Source of the DNA: Leucoraja erinacea
Lineage: Eukaryota
NCBI RefSeq assembly: GCF_028641065.1
Contig: NC_073405.1
Span: forward strand, 4,464,001 to 4,528,000
Length of the DNA stretch: 64,000 nucleotides
Direction of reading: 5' to 3'
Below the pieces are notes generated by a model that worked only from the letters and a program-made list of their open reading frames with translations, ran no database searches and had not been told where the DNA came from. The position numbers and the translations under genes were made by a program. The first letter of the stretch is position 1, and each line of letters starts with the position of its first letter. Shown piece after piece: positions 52,290 to 64,000 of this stretch.

Positions 52290-53735
52290 CAGAACCCCTT
52301 CCCCTATTGGTCCATCTCCTTCCCCATCTCATGCTCTCATCCCACTTCCTACATATATTCCCTTCCTCAAACTCCCCTCTTCTCCCCCACCATCGTGTTA
52401 CTACTTACTTGCTCCACTTATTCAATTCCATCCTACCTTCCTTCTTCCCACTTCCTCCATTCCCTCTGCCCCATTCCCTCATCTCCCACAAATTCAACCA
52501 TCCTTTATCCACACTTCCTCCTTCTCACTCCACCTCCACTGTCAACTCTCACTCCATTGGTCTTCTCCTCTGCCCACACCGTGCCCCAATTTCTCCCTCC
52601 ATTCACCTCTAGCCGCCTTCTAGACTTCGTCATCTCCATCTTCCATGCCTTCTTCTCAGTCGACCTAGACTGCACTTGTAAAACTACTCAGCTCCTCTAT
52701 CCTCCCTCTACCCCAAATCTCACTCCACCCCAGCTGTGCCCCCTCCTCTTCCCCCTCCACTATCTACATTTCCTCTACCATCACCTCAGCCCCATCACTC
52801 CTACCCTCCCTCCAACCCTACCACCCCAGTCCCTACCCTCCATCTGACATTATCCCTACGACCTCACCCTCCCTATCATCTCACTCCAAACTTACCCTTC
52901 ATTTGACCTCACCGCTTAACCATATCCTCCCTCTAATCTCACTCCTTCACCCTACCCTCTTACCTCACCCTTAACACTATTCTCCCTCTAATCTCACTCC
53001 CTACTCTCCCTCTAACCTCACTCACTATCCACACTTTCCCTTTAACCTCATCCCTTATCTTCCTTCTAACCTCATTCCCTAATCCTACCTCCCTATAAGA
53101 TCACTCCATACCCCTACCCTCCCCGACATCACCCCTTAACTCATATCTTCTGTCTAACCTCACTCCCTAACCCTATCCTCCCTCCCCTCCCCTCCCATCT
53201 CACCCCCTAGTCTCCCTCTACTCTGCATATATAGAGGGTACCCTACCTGCATCACTACCCTGCATATCTCCCTCTTCCCTCCATACCCCCTCTCTCCCCT
53301 CCACACCTCCCCTCCATACCTCTCCCCTCCTACCTCCCCCCTCCCCTCCCTGCCCTATCTCCCCTCTCCCCCATCCCATACCTCTCCCCCCTCCCCTCCC
53401 CTCTCCCCTCACCCTCTCCCCCCTCCCCTCCCTCCCCTCCCCCCTCCACCCCTCCCCCTCCCCCCTCCATACCCCTCTCCCCTCCACCTCCATACCCCTA
53501 CACCTCTCCATACCCCTCTCCCCTCCACACCCCCCCCCCCCTCCATTCCCTCCACCTCCCCCTCCATACCCCTCCCCCCTCCATACCCCTATCCCCTCCA
53601 CCCTCCATACCCCTCCACCTCTCCATCCATACCCTCTCCCCTCCACACCTCCACACCTCCATACCCCTCTCCCCTCCACCTCTCCATACCCCTCTCCCCC
53701 TCCCTCCCCCTCCCCCCTCCATACCCCTCCTCCCT
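52290..53735. repeat. long pyrimidine-rich low-complexity/minisatellite tract
   Basis: Plus strand nearly G-free; repeats such as taacctcactccct and ccatacccctctcccctccac. Confidence 0.9.
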
Positions 53736-53985
53736 CACGCGGGCGCGGGCGCCCCGGTTGCGCGCCAGGCCAGAGCGGTTATGGCGGTTGGGGGCAGCGG
53801 GCGACCAACAAACACTCTCTAATTTAGATGAGTGAAGTAATCGCTGACGGTTTCTCAATCCCCGTGGCGGTTACTCTTCTAAACGGGCCAGCGTGTGCGG
53901 TTAATGCAGAGTTCTGACAAGTAACGGGAGGCGCAGGGTGTCCGATCAATAGTTTACCGTTCGAAAACTATTTTGTGACACGAGT
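53736..53985 (+). promoter_or_regulatory. CpG-rich promoter/5' UTR of CATSPERD
   Basis: Abrupt CpG cluster (gcgggcgcgggcgccccgg...) directly upstream of the signal-peptide exon. Confidence 0.55.
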
Positions 53986-54059
53986 ATGGCCTTAATAACG
54001 CTTCTAATTTTAGCTCAGATGCTGCATTTAAGCATTCCCTCCCTGAACAGCGCGTGTAG
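53986..54059 (+). CDS. CATSPERD: CatSper auxiliary subunit delta, exon 1 (signal peptide)
   Basis: agtATGg; MALITLLILAQMLHLSIPSLNSAC-AG|gtaggg. Hydrophobic signal peptide ending in Cys plus a phase-2 donor, like the recalled human ...VTAQLCR; head-to-head with LONP1 as in human. Confidence 0.72.
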
Positions 54060-56371
54060 GTAGGGAAAAGTCCTATTTCTTCCCCCTATGTAATGTTTAC
54101 GAGATTTAGTTATATAGTGTATTTCACTTGGTTTATAACCAGCCTGGATTTACAATGAACCCCTTACATACTTGCTTCAAATGAAAACACAGTTTCATTT
54201 TATTTTTTTGTCACATGTACCGCGGTACAGTGAAAAGCCTTTTTGTTGCGTGCTAACCAGTCAGTGGAAAGACTATACATGATTCCAATTAAGCCATCCA
54301 CAGTGTACAGATAAAGGATATAAGGGTGCAAGATAAAGTCCAAAAAAGTCAGATTAAAGATTGATCGATTTCAGATCGAAAGCTGATTTACACTGGGGTA
54401 TCTGGATCGGTGCCCTTCTGGCCACTGATTTCATATCGATATCTGACTTTATTTAATTATAGATTAAGACCAAAACCTTTGAGCTTATTTATTTTGTTTT
54501 CAATAAGGTTGCTCTATGTACCACTGGACATCAGTGCCAATTAGGTCTTTCTCTCACTCATCATTCCTTTTAAGATACTGTTGGTATCCCCGCTGCTTCC
54601 TGCCATTCTATCCCTCTGCTCTGATCTTTTGGGAAATTGGGCGTGTTATATCAATGTTATATGAGACAAGTAACTATCCTTTAGGATGGAGGACGTACTA
54701 TGCGATATAACCGTTGATAGCCCTACATACACCTGTTCATTCACTCCCCCACCCCGAACATGGATGCTAATTGTGCTTTGTTCCAATTCCCATTCCCAGG
54801 GGATGAAGGGGGTGGATATATAACGAGTGTTTGAAGAATGGTCTTGACCCGAAACGTCACCCATTCCTTCTCTCCTGCTGAAGTTACTCCAGCATTCTGC
54901 ATCTATCTACAATGTCAGGTCTACCTGACAGAAATGTGAAATGCACTTTGGATGACAATAGATTAGTATACCATCTGTTTGACTCACTGAAAGTTCCTTT
55001 GGTATTAGTGGGCATGGTGTTGTTACAACTCAGGAAATCAACTCAACCTCCACTTCTGCATCACACCCAACACTTATTTGCCACTCTCCTTCGATCTTGA
55101 ATCCTTCAAGTTCTTTCCCATTGTTTACGCACCCAACCCTTTTTCTCTCTCCTTTCTCTCTCTATCTCCCCCTCTCTCCTTACCCAGTCATCCTTTTCAC
55201 TGCTTCCACACTCAAACCCTAATGGTCCAGTTGCTAACCCCTCATCTTCATTGTGTTTCCCTTCTCAATCTCCTGCTGTCCTTTTCCATTTCCCCACATT
55301 TATTCAATGATTCAAAATTAACCCATTTTAAAATGAGCTGACAATTATTTCAATTCAATTATCCACTAAAGCAAGACACATGGTTACCAATTAACAGCAA
55401 ATTTTCAACTGCTGGAATATTCACAAAATATATATAATTTTGTTTTGTGTATCATTGACAGAAATGCCAAATAGGAAGTGCTATTTCACTGGTTGTATAG
55501 GACATCAAATTAATTAATTAATTAAATCTCCAAAGGTGATAAACTATCTTGCTTTGGATTGTCAAATCCATAGTTGTTCAATTGTTATTGATTTATGTGC
55601 TTTCTTAATAGTGACTTGAATCTCATTTATTCTCTAAACATTGAAAAACGGCCATTCCCAGATGATTATGTAAGTAAATTTACTAAGATTTGTTACTAAG
55701 CAAGTTTTAAGATGCAGTGAAAGAGGAAGGGGAAGAGAGAACAAGATTGAGTGCCTGTGGTAGGGCAGCGGGTAGGGAGATCTAAATGGCTTAATTAACG
55801 ATAACACCTCATGAAAGGTACCAAGAATAAGGGAATGAAAGGTCAATTGGGGGGAGGAATGGCACAATAATAGAATAGATGAAGATGCTTTGGTGCTGAT
55901 ATCACTTTGGGATTCCTATAAAGGCACCACAAATACTTGCAGCAACAGTCCTATCATTTAGTTATGCAGCCATACAATGACATACAGAATGTATATACCA
56001 TCACAATTTATAGGCCACAGACATTGAAAGGAAGAAGAGAATAGTCTTATTCTAAACATCACTATTTATTTAAAATATTTGCTATGAATGGATTAGTAAT
56101 CCAAGACCGGAACTAATGATCCCAAAACATGACTTTGAATCATATGATGAGGACTTGGGATATTTAATAAACCTGTAACAACACCAAAATAATATTGAAT
56201 TTGCAACTACAGACTGTTGTATAAACATATTTGGTTTGCTTGCGACCTTGAAGGAAGGAAGTCCTCCCTCATTTAATCTGACCCATCATATTGTGGCTGA
56301 CTCTTAACTGTAATCCAACTGATTACCGCTGACAGTCCCTCCTCAGCTAATGAATCAACACTCGTCAATGT

Positions 56372-56577
56372 GTAGGAAGGAACTGCAGATGCTGGTTTAA
56401 ACCGAAGATACACACAAAAAGCCGGAGTAACTCAGCGGGTCAGACAGCATCTCTGGAGACTAGGAAGAGGTGATGTTTCTTCAGACTGAAGAAGGGTCTT
56501 GTCACAAAACATCACCTATTCCGTTTCTCCAGAGATGCTGCCTGACCCGCTGAGTTACTCCAGCTTTTTGTGTCCAT
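56372..56577. mobile_element. palindromic Penelope-like-derived short repeat
   Basis: Family arms, ctgaagaagggtc centre, 12-bp TSD actc(g/t)tcaatgt. Confidence 0.8.
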
Positions 56578-56994
56578 ACTCTTCAATGTTGAGCATCACC
56601 AGAAATGAGTATGGAGAACAAGAAGGACTAAACTTACCTCCAAAGGATATATTTTACTTGCATTACCAAGAGTGTCTCGATAGCACCAGCTCTTAACAAA
56701 GCTGGCTTAATCCTGAAGGACACAACTTACATCTGTGTCTGTTGCAGGAAGTGAGGAAACCAACAAAGTGGATTCATGAGAATAATCTGTCAACTGTGAA
56801 GACGTCTGCTGTGAATTTCTTGCAATTTCTGTTTTAATTTTAGATTTCCAATACCTATAGCTTTTAGATACCTGTGCACGCAATTCCTTGGTTGTGGAGT
56901 GTTTTTTTAAATAACATCAGCAGCACGAGAATTATATTCCACCACAATATGATCGATGATGCTGCTACAAGCAAGATTTTTCGTTGCACCTGTA

Positions 56995-58562
56995 AGAGTC
57001 AAGAGAGTTTTATTGTCATGTGTCCCAGATAGTACAATGAAATTCTTACTTGCTGCAGCGCAACAGAATATGTAAACATAACTATGTGTCAATAGACCAT
57101 AGACCATATAAACACAATAAATAAACAGATATAGTGCAATAATAATAATAGACTGTTACTGTTCTGAGCCTATTTTATGTTGTGTCTAATAGCCTGATGG
57201 CTGTGGGGAAGAAGCTGTTCCTGAACCTGGATGTTACAGATTTCAGGCTCCTGTACCTTCTTCCCGATGGCAACGGTGAAATGAGTGTGTAACCAGGATG
57301 GTGTGGGTCTTGGATGATGTTGGCAACCCTATTGAGGCAGTGACTGCGATAGATCCCTTCAATGGTGGGGAGGTCAAGAGCCGGTGATGGACTTGGCAGT
57401 GGTCACAACTTTCTGCTGTCTTTTCCGCTCTTGTCCGTTCAAGTTGCTGAACCAAACCACGAGGCAACCAGTCAGTATGCTCTTTACTGTGCACCTGTAG
57501 ACGTTTGAGAGAATCCTCCTTGACATACCGACTCCTCTCACTTCTATACTCTGACTCATCACCATCTGTGATTCGTCCCACAATAGTGGTGTCATCGGCG
57601 AACTTGATGATGGAGTTCGCACTATGTCCGGCTACGCAGTCATGAGTATAGAGTGAGTACAGCATCGCTGAGCACGCAGCCTTGAGGGCTCCCATGCTGA
57701 TTATTATAGAGGCTGACATATTTCCACCAATACGAACAGACTGTGGTCTGTGATTGAGGAAGTCGAGAATCCAATTACAGAGGGATGAGCAGATACCAAG
57801 ATCCATGATCTTGGTAACCTGTTTGGAGGGGATGATGGTATTAAATGCCGATCTGTAGTCTATGAACAACAGCCTGACGTATGAGTGTTTGTTGTCCAAG
57901 TGGTCCATAGCTGAATTGAGAGCCAGTGAGATTACATCCATCGTTGACCTGTTGTAACGGTATGCGAACTGCAGTGGGTCGAGGTTCTTGTTGAGGTAGG
58001 AGTTGATATGCGCCATGATCAATCTCTCAAATCTCTCATTACCACAGACGTTAGTGCCACTGGTCGATAGTCATTGAGGCACGTCACCTTGCTCTTCTTG
58101 GGCACCAGTATTATTGATGCCCTTTTAAAGCAGGTGGGAACCTCAGACCTCAGAAGTGAGAGGTTAAAAAAGTCCACAAAAACTCCAGCCAGTTGGTCTG
58201 CACAGGTTTTGAGAACACGACCGGGTATACCATCAGGTCCAGGCGCTTTCCGAGGGTTCACCCCTCTGAAGGATCTTCTGAGTCGGCCTCTGTGACTGTG
58301 ACTGAAATACCATCATGGCGAATGGGGGCTTGGGAAGGCACATCAGTGTTCTCCCTATCAAAGCATGCGTAGAACGCGTTGAACTCGTCAGGGAGTGTTG
58401 TTTTGCTGTCGTTAGAGCTGCCTCTTGATTTCGCCTTGTACGAGGTGATGGCATTCAACTGCCACAGTTGCCGAACATGCGTCTCATCCTCCAGCTTAGA
58501 GCAGATGATGGCCTTACCAAGGTCATATCTGGACTTCTTATAGATCTCTGCATCGCCAGACG
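56995..58562 (-). mobile_element. Rex1/Babar-type LINE, longest copy in the window (decayed RT)
   Basis: [11 protein letters not shown]...[11 protein letters not shown]...LDPLQFAYR...LFIDYRSAFNTI...IIKFADDTT; several frameshifts. Confidence 0.92.
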
Positions 58563-58782
58563 GCACCTAACTGTACTAGTGCATATGACAATAAACTCAA
58601 CTTGATTTTACTGCTGATTGTGCAATGTTTAAGATAATGAAGCTCCATCAATGCATAAAGCCTATAATCTGTGGATCTGTGCATTGATACTTGGACAAAA
58701 GACAGACGCGACATGATAAATGGCAAGAAACAATTGTGCCTCATAAGTACCAGGTAATGAATATCTCCGTTACCGTTGCCAG

Positions 58783-58882
58783 CTCTCCCACCATTAATGA
58801 CCAGCATCTCATTTGGAGCAACCAGATAATACCTATCAAGGTTGGGCATTCAGATTCAATAAATTTCAATCCTTTTGAAAAT
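58783..58882 (+). CDS. CATSPERD: candidate CATSPERD exon 2
   Basis: Acceptor ctccgttaccgttgccag; 100-nt open frame SPTINDQHLIWSNQIIPIKVGHSDSINFNPFEN; donor AAT|gtaaat; phases 2/0 bridge exons 1 and 3; sequence similarity weak. Confidence 0.45.
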
Positions 58883-59535
58883 GTAAATAATTTTTTTACA
58901 TTTAAGTAAATAAAACACCATCCTTTCACGTTTAGTGCATAAATGCTGACCCACATCCTATGTTCTAAATATATATTTTTATAATATCCTTTAAAGCTAT
59001 TGTTAAGGTGACTTTAAACTATTCATCTAGAATGGACTTAAATTTTATTGGAGACGAGATGTTCGCATCTTACTTTGTTAACAATTTCTATGTGGTTAAT
59101 GTTATGAAATATCATTGCAACTCTGCTTTTGAGCTATGTTTAAGAGGTCTGTAGGCTTTCTCGGTTTTAAAGAATGCATCCTGATGACGCAGAGTAGTAA
59201 ATGCTGGATTAATTTCGGTCACTGTTCGCTGCTTTGCTTCCGAGCATTAAATTGAAGACTCATTTCTAATTTTGCATTCAAATATATATTTTCCTTACAC
59301 TTACCTAGTACACTGCTTGCATATTTAGCTGGATCTGCAGCCTAACATTCTTTGTCTCTGTGCTATAGACTGAGCATGTATGGATTACTAAGCCATAAAG
59401 ATATACCTAAAATTAAACATTTTTATGATCTAAAATATCCAAATTACATTTATGACATATTATTACTGATGATGTTTTGGTAGTTTGCCTAATATCGGTG
59501 TTGTTATACATTGAGTGTATTTTACTTATGAACAG

Positions 59536-59612
59536 GATTTGTTACGAGTTCCACATAAATTTCAACAGTTAGTTGCTCATCCTTGTGACCGAAATGTTGC
59601 ATTATATATAAG
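59536..59612 (+). CDS. CATSPERD: CatSper auxiliary subunit delta, exon 3
   Basis: aacag|DLLRVPHKFQQLVAHPCDRNVALYI-AG|gtaaga; matches recalled human LIKHPCEKNIALYLG; 77 nt, phases 0/2. Confidence 0.82.
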
Positions 59613-61259
59613 GTAAGAACAAATTTTGAAGTATCAAAGTCAGAATTTGATTTTATGTTACGGCATTCAGTTAAAGCAAATATTCATTTTCATAAACTTA
59701 TTAGTTTGCTATCTTAACAAGACGAGATAAATTGAATCGTTTACATAGATATTCTTAAATGAGTTCATCTTTCTTACTCCCTTTTTATAAATGCTTGCCC
59801 TCTTATTTCTAACTCTCTTTACCTTCAGGACATTGGATTCATTTTTTAACACTCCTGTCTCTCTCACCCCTTTTAACAACAATTGTTTTGTTTCTGATCT
59901 TATTGTATTCCTCTTGAGGCAGTCAGCATCTGTATTTATATCCTAGAGTCTATAGACCAAAACATAAGCTTTGGGTAGTACTAGATATGGTTTGCCTAAT
60001 ATTGGATCTTTTTCACACCTGTAAAATTCACTTGATATTCAGGGTCATTCCCAGGAAGTGCTCAGTGCTCTATGACAATTTCCTGCTCCTAATATCCGTG
60101 CATCTCTAAAGGCTCACCTCACAATTCCCTAAGCTCTTCATACCTTGCCAAAGTATTCATAATATGGCAGCGCTTCAATTAATGTTGCTGCCTCTTAGCT
60201 CCACTGTCCTCAGTCCTATTCTGGCTTCTTGTGCTCCGGGTATGGCATTTGCTTGTTCCCTTTGCGACTGTGTGGGTTTTCTTTGCATGCCCCGGTTTTC
60301 TCCCAATTCTCAAAGATATGCTGCTAAATTAACCAGCTACTATAAATTATTCCTTAGTGTAGGCCAGCAGCAAAATAATTAAAGTGGATTTGATGGTCAT
60401 ATGTGACAGTAAATAAATTGCCGGGACATGGGACACGAAGGAGATGGAGTATTGGGCAATTGGGATTACACCACTGGTAACAGGCATACCAGTGGGCTGA
60501 TGACATCCTTCAGAGTCTTATAAATATGTTTATGTCAAGGGCTTACTTTGGGTCAATGTCATATTTCCTGAGAGCTCGTACAACTCCATTTGGACAACTC
60601 CCAAGTTCTATCCCTCAGGAGTAAAGCTGTCCTTGAATTCTATCTCTCAGTGGTAGAGGTGTTCCTGCCAGATGTCTTCATGGACAGCTCTAACCCTGAA
60701 GGAGTGCATTTGGGAGATAGTGACCACCGGATATTTTTATACCTGCCGTTCTCTTGGCACCTCCGTGAGTGTCTCTACAATGACAAATAGCCCACGATAT
60801 GTAATGGGTTATTCATGATAAAGGCTCCTAACAATGATGGAATTGAACTCTTTATCCATAATATAGTAATCTTATTATGCTCTTTTAACACAAGGAATCA
60901 CTGCTAATTGCACATTGGATGTGCTCATGCAACTTTTAAGTCTGCATAAAAATAAAGCCTCAAAGTTGGGGTATTGTTGAATGGATACTGCATCTAATTA
61001 TGTTACCTTGTTCATATCCTTCAACATTTCATCGAACCACATATGGGGTATCATCATACGAGAAGAATTTTGTGAGAAGAATATACTAGGCATTGGATGT
61101 TAATTGACTGCACTAAAGCACAAATTTTGGAACAGTCCTATTTCACATTTATTGCTGAAGGTTAATGATATACTCATTATTTGGAAAGCATTCTTATGTA
61201 GCTACATGTGATCCACTATGATCTAGTGGCATTTGAACAAATATGCTTGCCATTAACAT

Positions 61260-61858
61260 CGTTCTGCAGTTGTACAGGGCCCTAGTGAGACCACACCTGG
61301 AGTATTGTGTGCAGTTTTGGTCTCCAAATTTGACGAAGGACAGAATTGCTATTGAGGGAATACAGCGTAGGTTCACAAAGTTAATTCCCGGGATGGCGGG
61401 ACTATCATATGCTGAGAGAATGGAGCGGTTGGGCTTGTATACTCTGGAATTTAGAAGGATGAGAGGGCATCTTATTGAAACATATAAGATTATTAAGGGT
61501 TTGGACACGCTAGAGGCAGGAAACATGTTCCCGATGTTGGGTGAGTCCAGAACCAGGAGCCACAGTTTAAGAATAAGGGGTGAGCCATTTAGAAAGGAGA
61601 TGAGGAAACACGTTTTCACACAGAGAGTTGTGAGTCTGTGAGATTCTCTGCCTCAGAGGGCGGTGGAGGCCGGTTCTCTGGAAACTTTCAAGAGAGAGCT
61701 AGATGGTGCTCTTGAAGATAGCGGAGTCATGGGATATGGGGAGAAGGCAGGAACAGGATACTGATTGTGGATGATCAGCCATGATCACATTGAAAGGCGG
61801 TGCTGGCTTGAAGGGCTGAATGGCCTACTCCTGCACCTATTGTCTATTGTCTATTGTT
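61260..61858 (+). mobile_element. CR1-clade LINE 3' fragment
   Basis: LQLYRALVRPHLEYCVQFWSP...RTRSHSLRIRG; (ctattgt)n tail. Confidence 0.92.
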
Positions 61859-62323
61859 AGTACCTGGTGGGTCACCATATTGGAGCAATGTCAACAGCCA
61901 TGAGGCTAGAATAATTTTGCTGTACACAATGTAAGAACTTATGGGTCTGATAAGAAAAGGAGCAGAAATATTACTTATTGTGAATATTCTTGATTTCTTC
62001 CTAATATAAATAATACAAACCATCAATGGAAACATTACATTTTTAACTTGTAGCAATTATAACCATCCTATGTATAGAAGTTTCAGCCTAAATGGGGGAG
62101 ATGAAAGATTGACTAAATATTGTTTTTTTTTAATCCAAAATGTATATATTTGATCTGTAAGGAAAATTATCGTGTGCAATTGCCATTGTCATGTTTGAAG
62201 GGGTACTAATATTGAAGAGCATTGCTATAACCTTTGCAAATCTCTACTGCATTGCTCTGTTGCTCAATAATTCATATTCTCTGTTGATATGATCCAAGTC
62301 GCTTCCTACTAAGTCTTTCCCTG

Positions 62324-62374
<51 letters not shown>

Positions 62375-63100
62375 TTTATTTATGGGCGCCTTTCAAGTCT
62401 CAAGGACACCTTACAAAAATTTAGCAGGTAGAGGAAAAAACATGTAAGGGGAATGAAATAAATAGTAGAGACATGACTAGTACACAAAGTAAATACAGAA
62501 TTCAATACAAAACACAGTATGAGGCAATTAATCCACAGATGAAAAAGGGACGGCACGTGGGGCTAAGGATAGGCAGAGGTGAAGAGATGGGTCTTGAGGC
62601 GGGACTGGAAGATGGTGAGGGACACGGAATTGCGGATCAGTTGGGGGAGGGAGTTCCAGAGCCTGGGAGCTGCCCTGTAGAAGGCTCTGTCCCCAAAACT
62701 GCTGAGGTTGGACTTGTGGATGGAGAGGAGACCAGCTGATGTGGATCTGAGGGACCGTGAGGGTTGGTAGAGGGAGAGGAGGTCAGTGAGATATTGGGGG
62801 GGGGGGCAGATGGTGGAGGGCTTTGTAGGTGAGGATCAGGATTTTGTAGGTGATCCGGGGGGAGATGGGAAGCCAGTGAAGTTGTTTGAGGACTGGAGTG
62901 ATGTGATGCCAGGATTTGGTATGGGTGATGAGTCGGGCAGCTGCATTCTGGACCAGTTGGAGTCGGTTGATGTAGGTGGAGCTGATGCCAAGGAGAAGTG
63001 AGTTGCAATAGTCCAGTCGTGAGGAGATGAAGGCATGGATGAGTCTTTCAGCAGCGGGCGGTGTGAGAGAGGGTCTGAGTTTGGCGATGATGGCCTTGGC
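62324..63100 (-). mobile_element. L2-clade LINE 3' fragment with (TTA)n tail
   Basis: LIHAFISSRLDYCNSLL...LQLVQNAAARLIT...HITPVLKQLHWLP; (AAT)n at 62324-62372 is its tail. Confidence 0.9.
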
Positions 63101-63261
63101 ATGTCTTTTGGCCTCACAGACACACAGCACATACCTCCTGACATGTTTCATAGGAATTAGAATAACTATATCTGTCTCACTAAATTGTGCGACAATCTCC
63201 CTCTTCTTCATGATAGACATAATGTGCATTGTTGCTGTCTGACTTCCGTGCACTTTAAGCT

Positions 63262-63522
63262 TAGCTTACTTTAGAGATACAGCATGGAAACAGGTCGCCT
63301 AGTCCACGCCAACCATCGATCAGCCACACTAATTCTATATTATCTCACTTCTCAAATGCTCCCTAAACATTGGGAGAAACTTACAGCGCCAAAATAACCT
63401 GCAATCCACATGTCTTTGGGACGGGGAAAAATCAGAGCACCCAGAGAAAACCTACAAAGTCACAAGGATCCAACCCTCTCGGGCTGTGAGGCAACTGCTC
63501 TACCATCTATGTCACTGTGCCA
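63262..63522 (-). mobile_element. degenerate V-SINE
   Basis: ttagagatacagcatggaaacagg tail and reverse-complement SINE body. Confidence 0.65.
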
Positions 63523-63802
63523 TCCTTATGGACTGATGACTTTGAAAGTTGCACGAGAACATGTTAATTTAAGCTGCTCTGTTTGAGATCCACATAGGTG
63601 AATTTTTTGTGATGCTTCTTGCGTCTTCCACATTAATCCCTCTAAACCTTTCCCATCCATGTACCTGTCGAAATGTCTATTAAACTTGTTGTTCAACCTG
63701 CTTCAACTATTTCCTTTGGCAGCTTGTTCCAAATACCCGCCAAATGTAGCCACCACTTTATAACTACAAGTTTTTGTCTGTGTACCCATCCTACAAGTAG
63801 AA

Positions 63803-64000
63803 ACAAAGAACTGCTGATGCTGGTTTATAACAAAGATAGACACAACGTGCTGGGGTAACTCATCAGGCCAGGCAACATCTCTGGAGAAAAAGGATAGGCG
63901 ACGTTTTAGGTTAGGACCCTTCTTCAGATTTCTGAAGAAGGGTCCCAACCCGAAACGTCACCCATCCATTTTTTTTCTAGAGATGTTGCCTGACCCACTG
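63803..64000. mobile_element. palindromic Penelope-like-derived repeat with two inverted hammerhead motifs (truncated by window edge)
   Basis: Arms converge on gacgttttaggttaggacccttcttcag-attt-ctgaagaagggtcccaacccgaaacgtc. Confidence 0.8.

Noticed and set aside
52860-53180. Interstitial telomeric repeat
   Set aside because: Only isolated CCCTAA-like words; no tandem (CCCTAA)n array
59829-59904. CATSPERD exon 4 as a firm feature
   Set aside because: Good acceptor and faint similarity, but a weak donor (ATT|gtattc) and missing N-terminal residues; left as a candidate only

Overview
Vertebrate nuclear DNA, very likely from an elasmobranch (skate/ray/shark), judged from the HE1/V-SINE-like, CR1/HER1-like, Rex/Babar and L2 repeat content. 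It holds four spliced protein-coding genes. (1) Exon 1 of a B-type lamin, most likely LMNB2 (minus strand, 3889-3540; the gene runs off the left edge). (2) A complete RPL36 (plus strand, non-coding exon 1 near 16492, CDS 18662-20859, 105 aa). (3) A complete 18-exon LONP1 mitochondrial Lon protease (minus strand, 50675-24435, 974 aa, all introns GT-AG). (4) The 5' exons of CATSPERD (plus strand from 53986, head-to-head with LONP1), whose two well-supported exons are absent from the ORF track. The rest is mostly decayed retroelements, plus one 170-nt assembly gap. The most interesting non-genic signal is an abundant short palindromic repeat family with 12-16 bp target-site duplications. Its centre carries minimal type-I hammerhead ribozyme motifs (CUGAAGA-A-stemII-GAAACGUC) of the kind known from Penelope-like retroelements. 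Other oddities are a 125-bp duplication and a 23-nt templated patch around and inside one LINE, a 60-nt element shared by two RPL36 introns, and a duplicated splice acceptor in LONP1. Nothing here demonstrates a wholly new system; these are candidates to test. All identifications come from reading the sequence and recalled homologues, not from database searches.
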